Of a stretch of DNA of 64,000 bases, positions 31,011 to 39,660 are shown piece after piece. The first letter of the stretch is position 1. Each line of letters starts with the position of its first letter. The notes under the pieces are model-generated. The model ran no database searches. It saw only the letters and a program-made list of their open reading frames with translations, and had not been told where the DNA came from. The DNA comes from Ruminococcus sp. (lineage in GTDB: Bacteria; Bacillota; Clostridia; Oscillospirales; Ruminococcaceae): positions 20,210-84,209 of the forward strand of contig JAFYGE010000013.1 of the NCBI GenBank assembly GCA_017543335.1, given 5' to 3'. The translations under genes were made by a program, and so were the position numbers.

Positions 31011-32085
31011 TGTCTATCCCCTCCTCAACTGTCTCTGATAATTCCTTTATGAGCTCAGAGACTTCCGCTTCACCTTCGATAACAGGGAGCTCTCCGTCCT
31101 CTGCAAGAATGATCGGCATATCAGGTCCGGAATTATCATCTGTGACCAAATCGTTTTCGCTTGAAATATTTGCATCAGCTATCTTCTTTTCAAGATTCTT
31201 GAATGCAAGTGCTATAGGTGTAAACAGTACCGACACGATAACTATTACATTTTCCTGTGCAGTCGTAATAAGCAGTATATATGAGAATATTCCTATAAAA
31301 AGTCCATAGAAAAAAGCAAAATACTGCTTTTTTGGTGCTATTCTCTTATCGGCAACTACATAAATTGCTGCAAACAAGATCATATTGAAAGCAAAAACAT
31401 ATTTTATCGTCTCTGACCTTGAATCAGAAACTGGCGATATCATGGCAAGTACAGCTGTACCGGTTATTGTTCCAAGAAAAGCTCCGGCAGAAATATCACG
31501 TCGGAATATGAGTATCACAGCTGCGAGCATAAGAAGCAATATACTTACTGCTCCGGCTGGACCGCTGAAATTTCCGAGCAACAATTCAAAATCAGAGTGT
31601 TCGACCTTGCCTGTTGTGTTATAGAGGTATGATGCTGAACTTATAAGGTCTTCCGCATTCTCAAAAATTCCTGTTTTATCGTGCGGTGCAGGATAAAGCA
31701 GCATTTTTCGTCCCCATGAGGTCAGCACAAACACATACGCCGCCGCCGCTGGTGAGAATATCATATTGCGTCTGCCGCCAAAAATATTTTTTGCACATAC
31801 TACCGCAAAAACTACAGCAGCAGCTCCGATCTTATAATCCATAACAGCAGGAAGCATCAGGGCTATTATCAATGCATCAGAAGTACAAGTCATATCATCG
31901 GCTGTAAATCTCTTTTTCATGACCCTGAGTGACAGTATCTCAGAAATAAGTGCTGCTGAAACACAGACACCTGCAAGAGCAAGCGAGCGTGTTCCATAGT
32001 AAAAATATGACATGAGTTCAAGTGAAAGAAGAGTCAGCATAAGATCTATCCAGACAAGACGCTCTGTCCTTGTTTTCTTTTGCAT
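31003..32085 (-). CDS. RnfD/NqrB-like membrane protein, degenerate
   Basis: ALMLP, AKNIFGG..NMIFSPA, LLLGNFSGPAG; acidic C-terminal tail. Confidence 0.78.
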   Translation of the reverse strand: MQKKTRTERLVWIDLMLTLLSLELMSYFYYGTRSLALAGVCVSAALISEILSLRVMKKRFTADDMTCTSDALIIALMLPAVMDYKIGAAAVVFAVVCAKNIFGGRRNMIFSPAAAAYVFVLTSWGRKMLLYPAPHDKTGIFENAEDLISSASYLYNTTGKVEHSDFELLLGNFSGPAGAVSILLLMLAAVILIFRRDISAGAFLGTITGTAVLAMISPVSDSRSETIKYVFAFNMILFAAIYVVADKRIAPKKQYFAFFYGLFIGIFSYILLITTAQENVIVIVSVLFTPIALAFKNLEKKIADANISSENDLVTDDNSGPDMPIILAEDGELPVIEGEAEVSELIKELSETVEEGIDNE

Positions 32086-32087
32086 AC

Positions 32088-32738
32088 TCAGGCTTTCCTC
32101 AGCTTTCCGGCAGCCTCTTCCATACTTTCTGCCTTGAACAGATAGCTGCCTGAAACGAGCACATCTGCTCCGGCTGAAGCAGCAGTCTTAGCAGTTTCAG
32201 CGTTGATGCCGCCGTCGACCTGTACTCTTATATCAAGATCCTTCTCACTTATCATCCTGCGTACAGCTTCAACTTTGCTCATTGTCTCCGGAATGAAGCT
32301 CTGACCGCCGAATCCGGGCTCAACAGTCATTACAAGGATCATATAAACGTCCTCAAGATACGGATACACTGTTTCTATCGGAGTCAACGGTTTGACTGCG
32401 ATCGCAGGTTTAGCTCCGGCAGAGCGTATCATATCGATAGTTCCCTTGATATCCTTTTCGCTTTCGATGTGGAACGAGATTATATCCGCACCGGCTTCTG
32501 CAAAACGCTTTACATAGCGGCTTGGGTCAGTTATCATGAGGTGTACGTCAAGAACCATATCAGTACATTTTCTGACCTGTTCAAGGATAGGTATGCCATA
32601 AGTTATATTGTTAACGAAGATACCGTCCATAACATCAAAATGGAGCATATCGATACTGATCGACTCCATTTTTCTTATCTCACTTTCAAGATTCAACATA
32701 TCTGCACTAAGCACAGATGCTGATACCAGATTACTCAA
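32088..32738 (-). CDS. rpe: Ribulose-phosphate 3-epimerase
   Basis: HFDVMDG, DVHLM, MTVEPGFGGQ, VDGGIN, VSGS. Start uncertain (TTG at 32738 or 32759). Confidence 0.96.
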   Translation of the reverse strand: MSNLVSASVLSADMLNLESEIRKMESISIDMLHFDVMDGIFVNNITYGIPILEQVRKCTDMVLDVHLMITDPSRYVKRFAEAGADIISFHIESEKDIKGTIDMIRSAGAKPAIAVKPLTPIETVYPYLEDVYMILVMTVEPGFGGQSFIPETMSKVEAVRRMISEKDLDIRVQVDGGINAETAKTAASAGADVLVSGSYLFKAESMEEAAGKLRKA

Positions 32739-32902
32739 TTTATCACTTCTTCCGATCAAAGCAGCTTTTTCGCTGACTTAATATCATAAATTTCCATACA
32801 CTTTTATTATATAATATTTCTCTCTTTTCGTCAATATGTTAAAATTGTTTTTTTCTTTTACCTATTTGCTATATTCACTATAACTCTCCACTTTTCACCT
32901 TT

Positions 32903-32932
32903 GAATAATAGCCAAGCTCTCTTTCATATTTT
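32903..32932 (+). promoter_or_regulatory. Possible sigma-E-type promoter for sigK
   Basis: GAATA-17 nt-CATATTTT resembles the sigma-E consensus; consistent with the known sporulation cascade. Confidence 0.35.
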
Positions 32933-32959
32933 ATATTATCCTATTTCGGAGGTGTTTTT

Positions 32960-33643
32960 ATGTGGTTAGAATTTATAAAGCATTTTTTCTTTTTTGCACT
33001 TCATGTGGACAATTCAAATTTATTTCCCAAACCACTGTCCAAAAAGAAAGAAGAAGAGTACTTCAAAGCAATGTCAGAGGGCGATAAAAACGCCCGAAGC
33101 AAACTCATAGAACATAATCTCAGACTCGTAGCTCATATCGTGAAAAAATACTCATCTAATATCGACGAGCAGGATGAGCTTATCTCTATCGGTACTATAG
33201 GTCTTATCAAAGCCGTTTCTTCATTTGACTACACTAAAGGTGCACGTTTCTCCACTTATGCAAGCAGATGCATAGAAAATGAGATCCTTATGAATTTCAG
33301 AGCTGCCAAAAAGTCCGCCGGAGATGTGTATATCAACGAACCGGTTGAAACTGATAAGGACGGCAACTCTGTTAGTCTGCTCGACCTTCTTGATGACGGT
33401 GTCGATATACACGAGCAAGTTGATCTGCTTATGCGGTCAAAACAGCTTTACAAATTCCTTGAAAAAGCACTTACAGACCGTGAGTTTAAAATTATTGTTT
33501 ACAGATACGGACTTTACGGCAACACTTCCCATACTCAGATCGAAACTGCTGATAAAATGAACATTTCACGGTCTTATGTGTCCCGTATCGAGAAAAAAGC
33601 AGTCGAAAAATTACGAAAAATGTATGATTCAGTCCCCTTCTGA
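32960..33643 (+). CDS. sigK: Sporulation sigma factor (pro-sigma-K), uninterrupted
   Basis: Short hydrophobic pro-sequence, FPKPLS, LIEHNLRLVAHIVKKY, ISIGTIGLIKA, ISRSYVSRIEKKA. Confidence 0.88.
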   Translation: MWLEFIKHFFFFALHVDNSNLFPKPLSKKKEEEYFKAMSEGDKNARSKLIEHNLRLVAHIVKKYSSNIDEQDELISIGTIGLIKAVSSFDYTKGARFSTYASRCIENEILMNFRAAKKSAGDVYINEPVETDKDGNSVSLLDLLDDGVDIHEQVDLLMRSKQLYKFLEKALTDREFKIIVYRYGLYGNTSHTQIETADKMNISRSYVSRIEKKAVEKLRKMYDSVPF

Positions 33644-33726
33644 CCTGACAGCTTTATGTTGCAATGCTAAAAATAATGTGTTATAATGTAAATGTCGTAA
33701 AAACGAACATTTCTCGGAGGTGTAAT

Positions 33727-34620
33727 ATGAATATTCTCGTTACCGGAGGAACTGTCTTTGCAAGCAGATATACTGCTGAATACTTTGTAAAAAAAGGGCA
33801 CAATGTCTATGTGCTCAACCGTGGATCACGTCCGCAGTCAAAAGGTGTGATACATCTTTGCGGTGACCGTCATAATGCTGAATCACTACTAAAAGGCAGG
33901 CACTTTGATGCTGTTATCGATGTCACTGCTTACAACGAAACCGACGTTAACGATCTCATCAGAGCTTTAGATTCATTCGGCACTTATGTCCTTATAAGTT
34001 CAAGTGCGGTATATCCGGAAACACTTCCCCAGCCGTTCAAGGAGTCATATGAAATTGGTGAAAATTCCATATGGGGAGCTTACGGAACAAATAAAATAGC
34101 TGCCGAAAAAGCTGCCGTTTCAAAAGTTCCGGACGCTTACATTATACGTCCGCCCTACCTTTACGGTCCTATGAATAATCTTTTCCGTGAGGCTTTTGTT
34201 TTTGAATGTGCTGAAAAGGAACGTCCTTTCTATGTCCCAAAGGACGGCAGTCTGCCTCTGCAATTTTTCCATATCAATGATCTTTGCAGACTTATCGAAA
34301 CTATAATTGCTCAAAAGCCAAAACAACACATAATCAACACCGGCTCAAAGCCAATAAGCGTATTGGAGTGGGTGAAGCTTTGTTATAAAGCGGTAGGCAA
34401 AGTGCCGGAATTAAGGTACGTTACCGACGATACTCCGCAAAGAAGCTACTTCCCGTTTTATGATTATGCATACGAGCTCGACCTGACTGCTATGTCAAGT
34501 ATTCTGAACGACCTTACTCCGCTTGATAAAGGTCTTGCTGAGTCCTATGAGTGGTTCAGAAATAATCGTGAGCTGATTATAAGAAAACCTCTGCACGAGT
34601 TCATTGAAGCTAATTTCTGA
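33727..34620 (+). CDS. NAD-dependent epimerase/dehydratase family protein
   Basis: MNILVTGGTVFAS Rossmann motif, SSSAVY, YGTNK (YxxxK), RPPYLYGP; RBS GGAGG before ATG 33727. Confidence 0.88.
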   Translation: MNILVTGGTVFASRYTAEYFVKKGHNVYVLNRGSRPQSKGVIHLCGDRHNAESLLKGRHFDAVIDVTAYNETDVNDLIRALDSFGTYVLISSSAVYPETLPQPFKESYEIGENSIWGAYGTNKIAAEKAAVSKVPDAYIIRPPYLYGPMNNLFREAFVFECAEKERPFYVPKDGSLPLQFFHINDLCRLIETIIAQKPKQHIINTGSKPISVLEWVKLCYKAVGKVPELRYVTDDTPQRSYFPFYDYAYELDLTAMSSILNDLTPLDKGLAESYEWFRNNRELIIRKPLHEFIEANF

Positions 34621-34628
34621 GGTGCATT

Positions 34629-35087
34629 ATGATATATACAAAACTGACCTGTAAAGCAATGAAGATAGCTTATGAAGCTCATCACGGTCAATTCGACTGC
34701 AACGGTGTCCCATACATTTTTCACCCTATCCACGTCGCAGAGCAGATGACAGATGAACTTACTGCCTGTGCCGCTCTTCTTCATGATGTTGTGGAAGATA
34801 CTTCTGTCACTTTTGATGACCTTGCAAATGTTTTTCCGGAGGAAGTCATATCTGTTCTGAAACTTCTTACTCATGATAAAGATACTGACTATTTTGAATA
34901 TATCAGAAAAATAAAAGAAAATCCTCAGGCAAAGGCTGTAAAATTAGCCGATCTTGCTCATAATTCTGACCAGAGCCGCATTGTCTGTCCTGAAAATGTT
35001 CCGGAAGAAAAAAGAAGCTCATGGAAAAGAAAGTACGCTAAGGCTATTGAGATATTAACGAGCGAGGATCAACTTTACAAATTATAG
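34629..35087 (+). CDS. HD-domain small alarmone hydrolase (RelA/SpoT hydrolase-like)
   Basis: AHHGQ, GVPYIFHP, AALLHDVVEDT, VKLADLAHN. Confidence 0.85.
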   Translation: MIYTKLTCKAMKIAYEAHHGQFDCNGVPYIFHPIHVAEQMTDELTACAALLHDVVEDTSVTFDDLANVFPEEVISVLKLLTHDKDTDYFEYIRKIKENPQAKAVKLADLAHNSDQSRIVCPENVPEEKRSSWKRKYAKAIEILTSEDQLYKL

Positions 35088-35187
35088 ACAGTTTTATTTA
35101 ATGTTCATTGTGAAATTTTAGTAGTGGACATATTAAAAAAAATGTGGTATAATGTTCCTTACAGTAATTTATGGGAGGAAATAATTC

Positions 35188-36177
35188 GTGGAATTCAAGG
35201 CTAACTGCGGTGTCTGGGGCACAATGTTCGGTGTTCCATGTGTAGTCGCTGACAATTTTCTTAAACTTGCGACCGGAGAACAGCTTAAAGTTCTTTTGTA
35301 TATATTAAGATGCTCAGGCAGAAATTGCTCTGACGAGGAAATAGCCCTCAATACGGGCATATCAATACAGCAGGCTGCGGACGCTGTTATGTTCTGGGAA
35401 CAGGTGAACGTATTGACTCCTATTTCTCATACTCAGTCAGCTCCGATAATGACCATGCCAACTGAGCCGAAAATCAGCAGTCCTGAAGTAAACAGTCCGC
35501 CCGCAAGTGAAACGGTACAGCAGGATGTCTCTGCACCTAAGCAGCGACAGAATCTGAATCCATCTGAAATTGCTCAAATGGTCAAGGAATCCTCTGATAT
35601 TTCCGAACTTTTTAAGGTTACAGAATCCGCTCTTGGTACTCTGAATCATACTCAGCAGAATTCGCTTATATGGATGTACAATTATCTCGGACTAAAAGCC
35701 GAAGTCATTGTTACACTCATTTATTACTGCATTTCTATTGAAAAAACAAATTCCGGTTATATCGAAAAAATAGCGGCTGACTGGGCTGATAATGACATAA
35801 ATTCACTTACTGCGGCTCAGGACGAAGTTCAGCGTCTTACTCAGTACAACGACTACACCGGCAAGATAATGAAAAAATTCGAGATGATACGCCGTCCAAC
35901 TCCAAAACAGAACGAGTTCATCGTGCAGTGGAAAGCAGCTGGTTTTTCATTGGAGCTTATCGGCTATGCCTACGAAAAAACTATAGAACAGATAAATAAG
36001 CTCTCGTTCGATTACATAAACAAGATCCTCCTCACATGGAAGAATAACGGTTATGCTACTGTTAAGGAAGTACGAAATGCCGAGGAGCAATATAAGTCCA
36101 ATAAAAAAACTAAACCTAAAAACGATCAGTCATCGTCTGATATTGATAAGTACAAAGTCGTTATCAATAAATTCTGA
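35188..36177 (+). CDS. DnaD/DnaB2-domain replication protein
   Basis: QLKVLLY winged-helix N-terminus, two YIxKI..W repeats; upstream of a DnaC-like ATPase. Confidence 0.85.
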   Translation: MEFKANCGVWGTMFGVPCVVADNFLKLATGEQLKVLLYILRCSGRNCSDEEIALNTGISIQQAADAVMFWEQVNVLTPISHTQSAPIMTMPTEPKISSPEVNSPPASETVQQDVSAPKQRQNLNPSEIAQMVKESSDISELFKVTESALGTLNHTQQNSLIWMYNYLGLKAEVIVTLIYYCISIEKTNSGYIEKIAADWADNDINSLTAAQDEVQRLTQYNDYTGKIMKKFEMIRRPTPKQNEFIVQWKAAGFSLELIGYAYEKTIEQINKLSFDYINKILLTWKNNGYATVKEVRNAEEQYKSNKKTKPKNDQSSSDIDKYKVVINKF

Positions 36178-36195
36178 TAACTATGGAGATTAAAA

Positions 36196-37164
36196 ATGAA
36201 CAGCGATATTTTTGACAGAGCTCAGGCTATAATGACTACCCGCAGACGTAATGCCATTAGCGAAAACGACAGCCGTATAGCCGAGATAAATAAAAAGCTC
36301 CCACAAATAAAAGAGATAAACGATGTGCTCTATTCCACCGGAAAAGAGCTTATCAATATAATTTCAAGCGGCAAAAAAGATGATATTCAGCAAAGAATAG
36401 CTAAACTAAGGTCGGATAATGTTCAGGCTCAGGCAATGGCTCGAAGCATTCTCGCTGCAAATGGCTATCCTGAAGATTACCTTGATGTGCATTATTCATG
36501 TCCTGTATGCCATGATACCGGTTACTGCGGCAGCTCTTTCTGCAATTGCTTCAAAAAGCTCTGCGGAAAACTCTCTGCTGACGAGCTTAACAAAAGTGCT
36601 CACCTTAAACTTTCAAGCTTCGATTCTTTCAGTCTGAGCTACTACAGCGGTGACGATTACTTCACTATGCAGCGAATCCTCGAATTCACTAAACAGTACG
36701 CTGAGACTTTTACTCCGCAAACTGACAGCATCTTTATGTTCGGTGATACCGGTCTTGGTAAAACTCACCTATCTCTTGCAATTGCAAATAAAGTGCTCGA
36801 AAAAGGATACAGCGTCATTTACGATTCTGCGATAAACATTCTCAGGAATATTGAAAAGGAGCACTTCAGCAGAGATCACTCCTCCGAAATGATAGACCTT
36901 GTAATGAACACAGACCTGCTTATTCTGGATGACCTCGGAACGGAGTACGAGACTGCTTTCTACAGTGCTACAATTTATAATATCATAAATACAAGACTGA
37001 ACAGCGGTCGTCCTACTATAATAAGCACTAACCTCGACTTTGAAGGCATTGAAAGAAAGTACGAAAAGCGTGTTGTATCACGTATAGTTTCTGTATTTAA
37101 GTGCCTTGAATTTAAAGGCGAAGATGTAAGACTACAAATATGGGAACGTACAAAACAAAAATAA
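36196..37164 (+). CDS. DnaC/DnaI-like helicase loader ATPase
   Basis: CPVCHDTG...CNC zinc motif, GDTGLGKTHL, LLILDDLGTE, TIISTNL, RVVSRI. Confidence 0.9.
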   Translation: MNSDIFDRAQAIMTTRRRNAISENDSRIAEINKKLPQIKEINDVLYSTGKELINIISSGKKDDIQQRIAKLRSDNVQAQAMARSILAANGYPEDYLDVHYSCPVCHDTGYCGSSFCNCFKKLCGKLSADELNKSAHLKLSSFDSFSLSYYSGDDYFTMQRILEFTKQYAETFTPQTDSIFMFGDTGLGKTHLSLAIANKVLEKGYSVIYDSAINILRNIEKEHFSRDHSSEMIDLVMNTDLLILDDLGTEYETAFYSATIYNIINTRLNSGRPTIISTNLDFEGIERKYEKRVVSRIVSVFKCLEFKGEDVRLQIWERTKQK

Positions 37165-37167
37165 ATA

Positions 37168-37213
37168 AAAGCCATAGTATTTTGAATCTGCTCAAATTGC
37201 TATGGCTCTTTTC
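37168..37213. terminator. Hairpin between convergent genes (probable bidirectional terminator)
   Basis: AAAGCCATAGTA-TTTTGA...TCAAAT-TGCTATGGCT-CTTTT. Confidence 0.6.
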
Positions 37214-37221
37214 ATATTCTA

Positions 37222-38811
37222 TTATTTAGTATTAAGACAGCTGAAAGCGTTATCGACTGCCTTCTTGTCCGGAGCTTTAGTAAACTGGCTCACTATTGGT
37301 ACAATGATAAGTGAAACGATCATTGCAAATGCTCCTGCATTTATTGGTGAAAGAAGATTCAACGGACAATCAAGTGACTTTACTGAATCCTTTACTCCGT
37401 CAAATGCACTGATATTCATGCTGAACATTACCATGTGTGCAACACTTATACCAATTCCTGTAAAGAAGCTTGTCCATACAGCTGCCTTTGAAACTTTCTT
37501 CATGAATAATCCATAGAGGAAAGGTCCGAGGAATGCTCCGGAGAGTGCTCCCCATGAATATGACATAAGTGTTGAGATAGATGCGTTCTTGTTGCAAGCT
37601 ATGATTACCGATATTACAAGGAATACTGCAATGAATATTCTCATGAATGTCATCTGCTTCTTGTCGTCAAAATTCTTAACTCTTGGCTTGATGAGGTCGT
37701 TTGTGAGAGTTGAGCTTGATGTAAGAACGAGTGATGAAAGTGTGGACAGTGATGCTGAAAGAACCAATACAACTATAAGTCCTATGAGCATATTCGGAAG
37801 TGCAGACTTGATGAGTGAAGGTACCATTGTATCATATACAGGCTTGCCGTTTACTACATCTATTACTTTTCTGCCGCTGCCGTCATTTCCGTCAAGAGTA
37901 CAGTAAAGTCTTACGAATCCGCCCATAAAATATGAACCGCCTGCTACTACGAGAGCAAATAATGTTGAGATGAAAGCTCCCTTTTTGATAGCGTCCTCGT
38001 CCTTTATTGCGTAGAATTTCTGTACCATCTGCGGGAGTCCCCATGTACCGAGTGAAGTAAGTATCACAACTCCAAGAAGGTTTATAGGGTCAGGTCCGAA
38101 AAGTGAACCAAGAGTATTTGTATTACCGTCAGCATCCTTTATAGCATTGAGCGAATCAATTGCTGATGATAAACCGTCCTTCTTCTGGACTGTAAGCACA
38201 ACAACTGTTCCGATTCCGATAAGCATGATGATTCCTTGGAAGAAATCGTTAAGAGCTGTTGCCTTGTAACCGCCGAGTGTAACATAAGCAGCCGAAAGAA
38301 CTGCCATAGCGATTATTATGTATGTACCGCCGTTTTCTCCGAGGTCAAATACCATGCCGAACAGTCTTGAAAGTCCGTTGTAGACTGATGCAGTGTATGG
38401 TATAAGAAAGATGAAAACTATAGCTGCTGAGATTGTTTTCAGCATTTTGGAGTCGAATCTGTGCTCGAAAAATTCAGGCATAGTTCTTGCTCCGAGGTGA
38501 TTGGACATAAGTCTCGTTCTTCGACCGATCAGGAAGAATGGTATAAGACTTCCTATTATTGCGTTTCCGATTCCGACCCATGATGCTGATGCACCATACA
38601 TCCAACCGAACTGTCCGGCATATCCTATAAATACAACTGCTGAAAAATAAGTTGTACCATAGGAAAATGCAGTAAGCCATGAACCAACGCTTCGTCCGCC
38701 GAGCATGAAGTCGTCAGCTGATTTGGTCTTACGTGATGTGTAGATGCCAATTCCCACCATTATTGACACATAAATGGCAAGAATTATAAATGTTGCTGCT
38801 TTTGCACCCAT
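37222..38811 (-). CDS. Sodium:solute symporter (SSS family)
   Basis: DFMLGGRS, FSAVVFIGYAG, TMPEFFEHRF, GGYKA..NDFFQG, GLPQ, SASLSTLSS; about 13 TM segments. Confidence 0.92.
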   Translation of the reverse strand: MGAKAATFIILAIYVSIMVGIGIYTSRKTKSADDFMLGGRSVGSWLTAFSYGTTYFSAVVFIGYAGQFGWMYGASASWVGIGNAIIGSLIPFFLIGRRTRLMSNHLGARTMPEFFEHRFDSKMLKTISAAIVFIFLIPYTASVYNGLSRLFGMVFDLGENGGTYIIIAMAVLSAAYVTLGGYKATALNDFFQGIIMLIGIGTVVVLTVQKKDGLSSAIDSLNAIKDADGNTNTLGSLFGPDPINLLGVVILTSLGTWGLPQMVQKFYAIKDEDAIKKGAFISTLFALVVAGGSYFMGGFVRLYCTLDGNDGSGRKVIDVVNGKPVYDTMVPSLIKSALPNMLIGLIVVLVLSASLSTLSSLVLTSSSTLTNDLIKPRVKNFDDKKQMTFMRIFIAVFLVISVIIACNKNASISTLMSYSWGALSGAFLGPFLYGLFMKKVSKAAVWTSFFTGIGISVAHMVMFSMNISAFDGVKDSVKSLDCPLNLLSPINAGAFAMIVSLIIVPIVSQFTKAPDKKAVDNAFSCLNTK

Positions 38812-38940
38812 TTTTTAACTCTCCTTCTGTCTGCTTACAGCGTTGAATCTGTAAAGCTTTAAATTAATAAAGTGATAAGCTGTTTAATATTATACAACAT
38901 TCTACAAAAATTGTCAATAGTTTATTAACATTTATCGTCA

Positions 38941-38967
38941 AAAAAACTGCCGAGTTGTTCGGCAGTT
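38941..38967 (-). terminator. Terminator of the ECF/B12 operon
   Basis: AACTGCCGA...TCGGCAGTT followed by a U tract on the minus strand. Confidence 0.7.
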
Positions 38968-39653
38968 CAAACTCCATATTTGATTTTTATCCTGTCAAGC
39001 TTTTCACCGACCGGCTTTTTTAATATGTATAAAAACAAAACATTTGACACCACATATGACAACGTATACGGTATCGCCGTTATTAGAGCTGAGATATAGA
39101 GCTTTAGTTCAAATCCTTCGGCGTACCATAGAACCGTCCATATATCCATGATAAACGAGTATAAAGCTCCTGTCAGCCCTCCGTATGCTATGAGCAGTAT
39201 CCGGTTATCTTTCAGGTGATTTGAGAAAACTCCAGCCAAGTAGCCAATAAGTCCCCATGCAAGCATCTGGAAAGCGGTCCAAGGTCCCTGACCAAAATAA
39301 AAATTGGATAATATTGCAGTCATAGCTCCGACAAGAAATCCGGCTTCTCCGCCAAGATAGATCCCTGAGATTATAGTCAGAGCTGAAATTGGTTTCAGAA
39401 AAGGTATGAATCTACCGGCAAAGCACAGAGCTATCATTACAGCTGAAATGACCATTCTTCTCGTACCTGTACGCTTCTTTTCAAATCCGGCACTGAAAAG
39501 AAGGAGTGCAAATATTGCTATGCTCATCGAAATTATAATGTGTTTTTTTCGGTCAAAAGCAAGTGAACCGCCTATTGCAAGCATTGGTACGATTATAAAC
39601 GGCACTAAAAACCTTATGGTATTTCGGAGCGAACGATTTTTAATTACTATCAT
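38967..39653 (-). CDS. ECF transporter S component, CbrT-like (cobalamin)
   Basis: GRFIPFLKP, GFLVGAMTA..SNFYFGQGPWT.FQM; lies in a cobalamin-riboswitch operon. Confidence 0.8.
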   Translation of the reverse strand: MIVIKNRSLRNTIRFLVPFIIVPMLAIGGSLAFDRKKHIIISMSIAIFALLLFSAGFEKKRTGTRRMVISAVMIALCFAGRFIPFLKPISALTIISGIYLGGEAGFLVGAMTAILSNFYFGQGPWTAFQMLAWGLIGYLAGVFSNHLKDNRILLIAYGGLTGALYSFIMDIWTVLWYAEGFELKLYISALITAIPYTLSYVVSNVLFLYILKKPVGEKLDRIKIKYGV

Positions 39654-39660
39654 AGTCCGC

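Noticed and set aside
32960-33643. skin-like interruption of sigK
   Set aside because: The frame is continuous and no recombinase is nearby.
35188-37164. DnaD plus DnaC-like pair as a prophage or ICE replication module
   Set aside because: No integrase, phage or conjugation genes flank it; this pair is normal chromosomal content in Clostridia.
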